From assembly GCA_030601705.1 (NCBI GenBank), contig JAUWBM010000003.1, positions 1-62,891 of the forward strand: DNA of 62,891 bases, given 5' to 3'. The notes beneath the pieces were generated by a model. That model was not told where the DNA came from, did no database searches, and saw only the letters and a program-made list of their open reading frames with translations. Positions within the stretch are counted from its first letter, which is position 1. Every line of letters starts with the position of its first letter. This document shows positions 31,519-40,232 of this stretch, in pieces. Origin of the DNA: Thermoplasmatota archaeon. Lineage in GTDB: Archaea > Thermoplasmatota > E2 > DHVEG-1. A program made the position numbers and the translations under genes.

Positions 31519-32751
31519 ATTTCAGAAGAAAGAGAAATTATAGATGAGATAGATAAGAGGTTAGAAGGAATAAAAGAGCCTTCCAAACCTATAGAAACAA
31601 AACCAGTAAAACCAGATGATAAACCAATTAAATCTACTGATAAGATAAGTAAAGAAAAGAAGAGTAAGGTAGCATATGTCATTTTGGTTACTGTTGTAGT
31701 AATAGTAGCTATAATATTAGCAGGCTTTCAATATGGTATAATTGATTTAGAGGGAGTCAAAAATAATACAGATGAAGATTATTTTGATGATAATATCTGG
31801 GATAACAATGGATATTTTACAGATGATGTCCTTGAAGATGCAGAGCCATACTTGAGTGAAATTGTAACAAGTGATGTAGAGATTCGAGCATATGCTAATT
31901 CAATCATTAAAGATTGTCCAGTTAACGACAAAGAATGTCAGATAAATGAAATATATCGCTATATTGTTGAGAATTTTAATTATGTAAGCGACCCCAGAGA
32001 TATCGAATACATCCAAAGTCCACAAGACACAATACAAGTAGGTGGTGGAGATTGTGAAGATTTATCTATCCTATTTAATTCGTTATTAGAGAATATCGGT
32101 ATTAAGACATATCTAGTTCTTACAGATACTCACGCATACTCTTTAGCCTATGATGTAGATGTGGATAGTCTTTGGGTATATGTAGAGCAATCTTTAATAG
32201 AGCAAATTGAGGAGGACTGGGGAGATAGTGTAATTCAAACATATGAGAAAACATTTGTTCTTGATGGTTATAATAATTGGTATTACGGAGGTGATGGGAC
32301 TCCAGTTGAGGATTATAATACTGATTACTTGAACATAAGTTATACAATAGAATCATCCCAACCACTTGACCTATACGTTGTGCCATCTAGAGATGATTTT
32401 AATGATTTTGTTGATGGAGAGAGTTTTTCCCATTACTCTGACTGTAAAGAAGAAAATATTTTATCTTTGACAGAAATGTGCTCATTCTTGGGTAACAATG
32501 GTGGAATAATCTTATCAAATAATAACTGGGGAGATGCTACCGTCCAAGTTAATCTTGAATTCTATTTTCGACCATCATTTTATGAAAATTTCAAAGATAA
32601 TGTCATTACCTATTATAATATAGATGGAAAAAAGTGTATCGTGGTAGACTGCACTGCGGGTGATTACGGTTATCCTGGTTATGATGGCGATATAACTGGT
32701 GAAAAGATAGCGATAGACCCAATCACATTAGAATATACTTATCTTGATTGA
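31519..32751 (+). CDS. Membrane-anchored transglutaminase-like protein (possible ATT start; track start is 31684)
   Basis: YVSDP, GDCEDLSIL..SLL and HAY motifs. The frame is open from 31504, with GGAGGAG before ATT at 31519. Confidence 0.7.
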   Translation: MSEEREIIDEIDKRLEGIKEPSKPIETKPVKPDDKPIKSTDKISKEKKSKVAYVILVTVVVIVAIILAGFQYGIIDLEGVKNNTDEDYFDDNIWDNNGYFTDDVLEDAEPYLSEIVTSDVEIRAYANSIIKDCPVNDKECQINEIYRYIVENFNYVSDPRDIEYIQSPQDTIQVGGGDCEDLSILFNSLLENIGIKTYLVLTDTHAYSLAYDVDVDSLWVYVEQSLIEQIEEDWGDSVIQTYEKTFVLDGYNNWYYGGDGTPVEDYNTDYLNISYTIESSQPLDLYVVPSRDDFNDFVDGESFSHYSDCKEENILSLTEMCSFLGNNGGIILSNNNWGDATVQVNLEFYFRPSFYENFKDNVITYYNIDGKKCIVVDCTAGDYGYPGYDGDITGEKIAIDPITLEYTYLD

Positions 32752-32756
32752 GAGCT

Positions 32757-32788
32757 GATATGAAATTGTATTTTGGAGGAGGAAAAGG
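32757..32788 (+). repeat. Start-associated module
   Basis: GATATGAAATTGTATTTTGGAGGAGGAAAAGG followed by TTG. Confidence 0.75.
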
Positions 32789-35449
32789 TTGGAGAACTCG
32801 GTTTCAAAGAGTGACTTGATAGAGCTTATCAATGAAATTGAAAAATATAAGAAATTCAAATTAATCGGATATATTTTAACTCCTTTAATTATTGGTTTCT
32901 TTATTTTAAGACACTGTAATAGTAAGTTGGACAAACTTGAGAAAGAAATAAGAGTTGATATAGAAAAAGAATTAGAATCGATAAGAAGCAAATATAGAAA
33001 TGTTGTAATAGATGATACTTACCTTATATATTCAGTTAGAATTACTCTCATAGATTATTGTGATAATTGTATTGGATGGATATCTAAGATATTGTCTTAT
33101 AAAGATTGTTTTAGTTCTGAGTTAATTGAGTTAATTGAGGACTCAAAGAAAGAAGTTAGTGGGATAAGAGACAAGATAGATAACTTCAATAAAGAATTTG
33201 TCGAAAGAAGGAAATTAAAGTATGGTTATCTTCTAAAGACATCCAATTATCCTTTAGATGATAATCAGAAAACTGCAGTGATAACCGATGATAAATATAA
33301 TCTTGTTGTTGCTGGTGCTGGTTCAGGTAAAACAGAGGTATTAACCAATAGGATTGCTTATATTATTGAAAGAAAACCTGATACGGTTTCACCTGATAAA
33401 ATTCTTGCTTTGGCTTTTCAAAAAGATGCTAGAAGGGAAATGCAACAAAGATTAAAGGAAAGATGGGGTCATAATAATGTTAAGATTAAAACTTTCCATG
33501 CATTTGGATGGGGGCTGTTGGAAAGATATTACGGTAGCGAACCAAAATTGTTTGGAGGGGGAAATCATGAATTTGAAAGAAAAAAATTATTTAAAGAATT
33601 ATATGGCAATGAGTTAAAAAATTCGGAATTTCAAAATCTTGTTATAAATTATATGGGTTATATTGGTTCTGAAGAAAAGATATGGGTAGAAACAGATTTC
33701 AAAACAAAAGAAGAATTTTATAGTTATCAAAGTACTCTTAGGATAAAAACATTGAGTGGTTATGGAGTTAGAAGTGAAGCTGAACGAGATATAATGAATT
33801 TTTTCTTAACTCATAAGCTCAATGGTGAATACATCGATATTAAATATGAAATATCACCAGATGAGATGGACTATAAAGATGAGGGGGGTATCCTAAAACA
33901 TGTGTATCCAGATTTTTTATTTCCCAAGTATGATATTTATCTTGAGCATTGGGCAGTAGATGAAGATGATATATCGATTTTCGATGGATATGAAATTGGG
34001 ATGAATAAAAAGAAGCAATGGTTTGATGGACAAGATAAATATATTCTTATTGAGACAAGAGCATTTGAATATGGGGATAAATCTTGTTTCTTTAATAAAT
34101 TAGAAGAAAGATTTCTTGATGCATTAAAAAAGAGATGTCCTGATAAGCAGTTTGAATTCACCCTAATTGAATACGATGAATTGGTTACAAAAGTATGGAA
34201 GGATTGTAAGGCATATGTAGAAAAGATTCCCCTTCATATTTCAAATTTTGTTAAAATTGCGAAAGTTAATGACTTTTCTCCTGATGATATAAGGAAACGA
34301 TTAGATGATGAATCTTGGTTGCCGATTCAAAAAGCATTTGGCAAAATTGCTGTTAATATTTATGAAAAATACCAAAATGAACTGGCTAACAGAAACGAAA
34401 TTGATTATGAAGATATGATTAATGATGCTATTGAAATTTTAAAAACAAATAAAGAATTTTATAGAGATACTTTTGAACACATATTAATAGATGAATACCA
34501 AGATATAAGTGAACAGAGATATTACTTAATTAATGAGCTATTGAAAAAGAATGCCTCATGCAAATTATTTTGTGTTGGGGATGATTGGCAGTCTATCGCA
34601 GGTTTTTCTGGTTCTGATTTAAATTATTTTATTAATTTTCATGATTTCTTTAGGAATAATGCAAGGACAGATTTAACGGTAAATTATAGAAGCAATAAAT
34701 CTGTTGTAGAAACTGGTATAGAGATAATCAATCATAATTCAGATAAAATTGTTAAAGAAACGATTGCAAAAAATAATGAAGAAGGGAGAATACAGATATT
34801 TGTTTCAAACCATGAAAAGGAGGGCTTCTTGGGATACTATGAGGAAATTGCTCAAAACTGTCTTGATGATATTCAAGAGCTCATTAATAGTGAAAGTAAT
34901 AATCATAAACCAAATGATATAATGGTTCTTACTAGGATGTTATCTAATTCAAAACTCAAGGATATTTTATTAAAAAGAGCTGAAGAACGAAACATACCAC
35001 TTTACTGCCCCAGAGATACTAATAGATTATTTTCAAACAAGAACAAGATACCGTTAATGACTGTTCATGGAAGTAAAGGACTCGAAGCAAAAACTGTTTT
35101 TATTTTAGATGTTTGCAAAGGATTATACGGTTTACCTTGTGAACTTGAAGATTCTATAATTTTCAATGTTGCAAAAAACCATAGAATTGATGATAAAGAA
35201 TCAGAGGAAAGAAGATTATTTTATGTTGCTATAACTCGAGCGAAAAAGGATGTGATAATTTACACTCAAAAATCACAAGAAAGCAAATTTCTAAATGAAA
35301 TTAGTAAATATGTATCAAGGACAAGTATAGATGACAAGATAATTTCAACTTCTAATATTAAAAGAGAAAATAATGAGAATAATAAAATATTCAACTCAAA
35401 AAAGAGTGAAATAAAACAAAAATATAGCTTACATAAAAGAGTTAATTGA
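32789..35449 (+). CDS. UvrD/helicase IV-like SF1A helicase with an inserted nuclease-like domain
   Basis: AGAGSGKT, DEYQD, GDDWQSI, NYRS, HGSKGLE and RRLFYVAITRA motifs. The insert contains RSEAE...PDF...YLEHW. Confidence 0.85.
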   Translation: MENSVSKSDLIELINEIEKYKKFKLIGYILTPLIIGFFILRHCNSKLDKLEKEIRVDIEKELESIRSKYRNVVIDDTYLIYSVRITLIDYCDNCIGWISKILSYKDCFSSELIELIEDSKKEVSGIRDKIDNFNKEFVERRKLKYGYLLKTSNYPLDDNQKTAVITDDKYNLVVAGAGSGKTEVLTNRIAYIIERKPDTVSPDKILALAFQKDARREMQQRLKERWGHNNVKIKTFHAFGWGLLERYYGSEPKLFGGGNHEFERKKLFKELYGNELKNSEFQNLVINYMGYIGSEEKIWVETDFKTKEEFYSYQSTLRIKTLSGYGVRSEAERDIMNFFLTHKLNGEYIDIKYEISPDEMDYKDEGGILKHVYPDFLFPKYDIYLEHWAVDEDDISIFDGYEIGMNKKKQWFDGQDKYILIETRAFEYGDKSCFFNKLEERFLDALKKRCPDKQFEFTLIEYDELVTKVWKDCKAYVEKIPLHISNFVKIAKVNDFSPDDIRKRLDDESWLPIQKAFGKIAVNIYEKYQNELANRNEIDYEDMINDAIEILKTNKEFYRDTFEHILIDEYQDISEQRYYLINELLKKNASCKLFCVGDDWQSIAGFSGSDLNYFINFHDFFRNNARTDLTVNYRSNKSVVETGIEIINHNSDKIVKETIAKNNEEGRIQIFVSNHEKEGFLGYYEEIAQNCLDDIQELINSESNNHKPNDIMVLTRMLSNSKLKDILLKRAEERNIPLYCPRDTNRLFSNKNKIPLMTVHGSKGLEAKTVFILDVCKGLYGLPCELEDSIIFNVAKNHRIDDKESEERRLFYVAITRAKKDVIIYTQKSQESKFLNEISKYVSRTSIDDKIISTSNIKRENNENNKIFNSKKSEIKQKYSLHKRVN

Positions 35450-35678
35450 AATTCAAGAACCTGCAATTATTGTAACCAAGTCATTCCAAAAGAATTGGAA
35501 ACCTGTCCAAAATGTGGAAATAAATTATTACCGATTATTGAATGAGAATATAAAAGTAGCAATTATAAAACACATGGACATCCAATTGAAGGGCAGGTTT
35601 CTTATTGGGTATAATATCAGTGATACCAAAGGAAATGGAGAAGCAAAAAGAAAAATGAATAACCATCTCTTAAAAGTT

Positions 35679-35710
35679 GAAATGAAATTGTAGATTTGGA
35701 GGATGTGAAA
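35679..35710 (+). repeat. Start-associated module
   Basis: GAAATGAAATTGTAGATTTGGAGGATGTGAAA followed by ATG. Confidence 0.75.
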
Positions 35711-35938
35711 ATGTCTGATTATAATATTGAAATCAACAAGTTGGTGAAGGAGACGGAAAATGGCATTATTAAAACAGAGATTTGGGCTGAAATAACTGAC
35801 AAGGAAACTAATGAAACCATGAAAAATCGAATATGGTGGGAAGATGATGATGGTTATCATGATGGAGTACCAGATTTGCCAGTAGAGTTGCGGGGAGCTG
35901 TGGATAACGCTTGGATTGAAAAGAGTAGGAAATGGTAG
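35711..35938 (+). CDS. Hypothetical acidic protein
   Basis: ATG directly after the module RBS. Confidence 0.6.
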   Translation: MSDYNIEINKLVKETENGIIKTEIWAEITDKETNETMKNRIWWEDDDGYHDGVPDLPVELRGAVDNAWIEKSRKW

Positions 35939-36138
35939 AATTAATCATAGAGCTCCTAGCAGCAATAGGCGTGATTGTGCTATCACTCATCTGGTATTTT
36001 TACCTCTATCCTGCAATGAAAAAAGAGTATCAAAGGAAAGGTTGGATGTGGAGACGCATCTATGATATTGAGGTGGAGAACAGGAGGTCATATAGGGAGT
36101 TGGCTGGGATTATATGGACAACGATTAGGGGGAAATAG
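35932..36138 (+). CDS. Small single-TM protein
   Basis: Overlaps the upstream stop. N-terminal TM. Confidence 0.55.
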   Translation: MVELIIELLAAIGVIVLSLIWYFYLYPAMKKEYQRKGWMWRRIYDIEVENRRSYRELAGIIWTTIRGK

Positions 36139-36207
36139 TGTTTATAAAAGGATAGATGTTGTGAGATGGTAAATTTGGGGAATATAATATTAAAAATAAG
36201 GAGGATA

Positions 36208-36951
36208 ATGTCAAAATTCAAAGTAATTATACAAACAGTCGTCATTTCGCTAACTTTCTTTGTAATTCTGTTCATTATATCTAGTGAGAATTTATTTACA
36301 AATCAACTTGGATTCAAGATAGAGTCCCTACATGTATTTATTGCGTTAATTCCGCTTGTTATATGGTTAATAGTCTCAGGGAAGTTAAAGGAAATCAAAG
36401 GTCCTGGAGGAATTGGACTTTCAATGCGTGATGAAGTACAAAAACCTGTTTCTCCTGATTTAACTGAGACGACATTGAAAATAGATAAGGCTATTGTTAG
36501 GGAGAAAGGGGGGCTCGATGAACTTCGAAGTCGAATTTCACAGGTTCATCCTACTACTCTCTCATTTGTAGTTGGTAAGAAAGAGTATTATGGGCAGTGG
36601 GCGATAGGAGAATACATTCGGGAATTAGGGGAATACCCCAAATTTCGGTTCATTCTTTTTACTGATGCCAAAGGGAAATTTAAGGGATGCATGAAGGTTA
36701 GTGATTATAAAAACCTTCTCCAAACTAGCGACGTAGTTGAAATGATTGAAAGTGGTAGAATCTTGAATGATGACAGAGTGATTAGAAATTCAGTACAAAT
36801 AACTTCAACAAATAAGCAGGCGTTAATTGAGATGGACAGAGTAAATGTAAATATGTTGGCAGTTGTTGACCACAAAGATAAATTCATTGGAGTTATTACG
36901 CAGGATGAAATCGTCAGAAATATTATAACAAAGGTACTTCGTGAAGCATGA
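36208..36951 (+). CDS. 2-TM protein with C-terminal CBS domain(s)
   Basis: AAGGAGG RBS and LAVVD..KFIGVITQDEIV. Confidence 0.7.
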   Translation: MSKFKVIIQTVVISLTFFVILFIISSENLFTNQLGFKIESLHVFIALIPLVIWLIVSGKLKEIKGPGGIGLSMRDEVQKPVSPDLTETTLKIDKAIVREKGGLDELRSRISQVHPTTLSFVVGKKEYYGQWAIGEYIRELGEYPKFRFILFTDAKGKFKGCMKVSDYKNLLQTSDVVEMIESGRILNDDRVIRNSVQITSTNKQALIEMDRVNVNMLAVVDHKDKFIGVITQDEIVRNIITKVLREA

Positions 36952-37095
36952 ATATGTACCCAAAATGATGGCTAACACCATTTTAATGCTATTTGTGATG
37001 ATTGCAAGGTTTCAGTAATTAGTGGTGATGATATACCGCCGAACATCTAATAAATATGGATTTTTATCTCGTGTTAGTTTAAGGGAGGTTTAATT

Positions 37096-38124
37096 GTGCC
37101 AGAAGATGCTAGAATATGGAAAATTCTTGATAACGACGAATTAAGAGAAATTAAAAAAGCAAAGTTAAATTTAGAAGAACGCATTGAAAATTGGCTTGAA
37201 AAAGACATTTCTTTGTTATCAAACGAGTTGTTGGTAATCGGTAGACAAGTGGAGACGGGTTTTGGTGGAATAATTGACATTCTATGTTTGGATAGTAAAG
37301 GCGATTCTGTTATCGTTGAGTTGAAGCGTGATAAGACTCCTCGTGAAATAACCGCCCAGACGATTGATTATGCTTCTTGGGTGAAGGATTTGTCTAATGA
37401 TAAGATAACAGAGATTGCTGATAAATATCTTGGTGATAAAGGACCTTTAGAAGAGGCTTTCAAGAACAAATTTGGTATAGAGTTACCAGAAACACTCAAC
37501 GAAGAACATAGTATGCTTATTGTGGGTTCAGAGATTGACGCCAGTTCTGAGAGGATTATTAACTATCTTTCTGATACATATGGTGTTGGTATTAATGCAG
37601 CTACATTTCAGTACTTCCGTGATGGTGAAAAGGAATTTTTAGCACGAGTGTTTTTGATTGAACCAAGTGAGGTAGAATATAAAACAAAGATTAGAGCATC
37701 TTCTAAAAGAAAGCCCAATTTAAATTACGAAGAGTTAGAGGAAATTGCAGAGAACAATGAAGTTGGAGAACTATATAACCAACTTGTAGATGGACTATCG
37801 GTAATCTTTGATGGGCGTGGAACTACTCGGAGTTCGATTAGTTTTACTGGAAAAATAAATGAAAGCCGACTCGCAATTTTTAATTTGATTCCAAAGGACA
37901 GTAATCCAGATACAGGGCTGAAATTTCAAGTATACATAAAAAGATTATCCAGATATCTTAACACAAAAGAAGATAACCTGATACGATTGTTACCTGTAAA
38001 ACGAGAAGAATGGATATATATAAGAGGATATTCAGAAGAATGGTCTGGTTATGCTGGATTTTTTGGAAATCTAGATGAAGTGGATAAATTCTTGGCAGGA
38101 TTGAAGGAATTTAAGAAAAAATGA
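37096..38124 (+). CDS. NucS-like (DUF91) PD-(D/E)xK nuclease domain protein
   Basis: IGRQV.T..G.IDILC.D...VIVELKR...QTIDYA. Confidence 0.78.
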   Translation: MPEDARIWKILDNDELREIKKAKLNLEERIENWLEKDISLLSNELLVIGRQVETGFGGIIDILCLDSKGDSVIVELKRDKTPREITAQTIDYASWVKDLSNDKITEIADKYLGDKGPLEEAFKNKFGIELPETLNEEHSMLIVGSEIDASSERIINYLSDTYGVGINAATFQYFRDGEKEFLARVFLIEPSEVEYKTKIRASSKRKPNLNYEELEEIAENNEVGELYNQLVDGLSVIFDGRGTTRSSISFTGKINESRLAIFNLIPKDSNPDTGLKFQVYIKRLSRYLNTKEDNLIRLLPVKREEWIYIRGYSEEWSGYAGFFGNLDEVDKFLAGLKEFKKK

Positions 38125-39200
38125 ATGAAAAACTCATAATACTTGGAATAGTCGTTCTGCTCTTGTCCGTTGGGTTGAGTGGATGTGTTCAACGAAAAAC
38201 TCCTGTATCAGAAGAAAAAGTTGACTTTAAAATAGAAGATGTTTGGGTTACTGAAGTATCCAGTGAGAGTAAATTAATTATAGTGTCAATAACAATAGAG
38301 AATAAAGAAGATAAATGGTTGGCAGTTTCCACACCAATTATGGGTGGTTTAATTGATAATGAGGGAAATAATTACTTTGCAGAAATGTTTGTAGAAATCA
38401 ACGGTTCAACACATTATGTAGGAGAATTAACATTAATTGATGAAGATGAAATCTTTGATTTGGTTGCCGATATATCTCCAAATTCAACGATATTGAAAAA
38501 GATTGTTTTTACTATACCAATAAAAAGAGAGCCAAAGAGATTAAAACTGGATTATGGATTCCGAGAAAACAAAGAAACATTGGTAAAAGATTGGTTTGAT
38601 TTGCCTGAAATGGAACTCCCATCAAGCCAAGAAAAATCTATGGATGATGATTTTTGGGATGATGATTATTGGGATAACTTTTGGAATGATGTAGAAACTC
38701 CAGTGTCAGAAGGCAAAGTTAATTTCAGTGTAGAGGATGTAATAGTTACTAGTGAATTAGAAGTAACTACTCAAGAATGGGTGAATTTGTCTCTGGTTAA
38801 TGTAACTAAGACAGAATTACTTAATGATTCTGAGGTCGTAATCATATCAGTGTTAATTGAGAACAAAGAGGATAGAATATTAGAGGTTGCGGAATTTTGG
38901 AATGAAGGTCTGACAGATGATAAAGGAAATAGATACTATCATAAGATGTTTATAGAAGTCAACGACACGACATATTCCATAGAGGATATAACGTCAATCG
39001 AAGAGGAGGAGGTTTTCGGTGGTGACATTTTAGGTATGAGTGAAGATTTCTCACCAAATTCCACAAATTTACGGAAGATAGTATACGAGATACCGCCAGA
39101 GAGAGTGCCTGAAAAGCTAATACTTACTTATGGATTTAAAGACCACGAATTAACAGATGTAGAAGATTGGTTCGATATCGAACTTCAACTTCCATCTTGA
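38121..39200 (+). CDS. Lipoprotein with an internally duplicated DUF4352-like domain
   Basis: VGLSGC lipobox. Repeats TPVSEEKVDF/TPVSEGKVNF and KDWFDL/EDWFDI. Confidence 0.7.
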   Translation: MNEKLIILGIVVLLLSVGLSGCVQRKTPVSEEKVDFKIEDVWVTEVSSESKLIIVSITIENKEDKWLAVSTPIMGGLIDNEGNNYFAEMFVEINGSTHYVGELTLIDEDEIFDLVADISPNSTILKKIVFTIPIKREPKRLKLDYGFRENKETLVKDWFDLPEMELPSSQEKSMDDDFWDDDYWDNFWNDVETPVSEGKVNFSVEDVIVTSELEVTTQEWVNLSLVNVTKTELLNDSEVVIISVLIENKEDRILEVAEFWNEGLTDDKGNRYYHKMFIEVNDTTYSIEDITSIEEEEVFGGDILGMSEDFSPNSTNLRKIVYEIPPERVPEKLILTYGFKDHELTDVEDWFDIELQLPS

Positions 39201-39317
39201 TATCTGCTAGATAGAAAATGAAATGTGTTTACGTATTGAGAAATGTTACCGATGTGGGTTTACTTTACATATCCAATAAAATTAAATAATCTATTTTGTT
39301 ACTAAAATGATGATAAA

Positions 39318-39575
39318 ATGGTTGTAAGTGAAGAGACTCCATATTACTCAGAGAGAGGTGAAACAATGACGGTAAATGTAGGAGATGGCAAGGTGTTGCT
39401 GGATGAGTTCAACAAGAACTTTCCCCACGGTCTTATAAGAGCAAAGAGACATATTATAATCTCACAGATTGATAACAGTATTAAAAACATACCTCTTGCT
39501 ATTATGCAAATCCTTCAAAGGTACACAGTTGGGGAATTAATCCAGTGGTATTATGGAGAAAAGGGAGAGTGGTGA
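39318..39575 (+). CDS. Hypothetical protein
   Basis: ORF ends 3 bp before the TIR-like gene. Confidence 0.5.
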   Translation: MVVSEETPYYSERGETMTVNVGDGKVLLDEFNKNFPHGLIRAKRHIIISQIDNSIKNIPLAIMQILQRYTVGELIQWYYGEKGEW

Positions 39576-39578
39576 GAT

Positions 39579-40163
39579 ATGAGGAAGTACAAGGCGTTTC
39601 TCAGTTGTAGCATTCGTTCCGAGGATGAAATGATTGTGGATATATTTGAATATATTTTGAGAGCACATCAATTTGACATCGTCATAGTTGGGCGAACAAG
39701 ATTTGCTCCCCGACCAACTCCTGAGACCATTCGAAACGAACTTGAAGATTCTGATTGCATTGTTATATTGGCAACAAGAAGAGAGAAAAAAGGGAAAGAT
39801 TGGAAAACCTCTGAATGGGTGGAGTATATAGAGCCCGCCATGGCATATATGGGTAGAAAACCTATGTTAGCGTTTGTTGAAAGAGATGTCGTTGTCGATA
39901 AATTAATACCTCAAGCCACTCAAATATTCACATTTGATATAAAAAATCCTTTAAAAGACAAAGAAAGAATAGATGCATACATCAACAGTCTAAAGAGCGA
40001 GTTGCTTGAAGTAGAAAGGAAGAAACAGATGAAAAATCAAATTGAACTCCAGAGAAAGCGTGATGAGGAGTTCTGGAACAATGTGAAGCTTGTACTTGGA
40101 ATACTGGGTGGTATTGGAGCTGGTGCAGCTGCTACGTATCTCCTTACAAAGAAGAAAAAGTGA
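39579..40163 (+). CDS. TIR-like domain, coiled coil and C-terminal TM helix
   Basis: AFLS, SDCIVIL, SEWV..E...A...KP pattern, and a GGIGAGAA TM segment. Confidence 0.65.
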   Translation: MRKYKAFLSCSIRSEDEMIVDIFEYILRAHQFDIVIVGRTRFAPRPTPETIRNELEDSDCIVILATRREKKGKDWKTSEWVEYIEPAMAYMGRKPMLAFVERDVVVDKLIPQATQIFTFDIKNPLKDKERIDAYINSLKSELLEVERKKQMKNQIELQRKRDEEFWNNVKLVLGILGGIGAGAAATYLLTKKKK

Positions 40164-40232
40164 TGCCCATGTCGATGAGAAAACATAGAATAAAAGATTG
40201 CCCCTTTGCCGGTTCTGTTTTGTTATGGCTGT

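Noticed and set aside
24043-35449. Stop-codon recoding (in-frame TAG at 24043 and 31501, TGA at 35447)
   Set aside because: Housekeeping genes end normally in TAG and TGA, and no pyl or sel genes are in the window. Decay or an alternative start explains each case.
25210-35710. CRISPR array (TTGTAGAT resembles the 3' end of Cas12a repeats)
   Set aside because: Copies are kilobases apart and separated by whole genes. There is no repeat hairpin and no cas gene.
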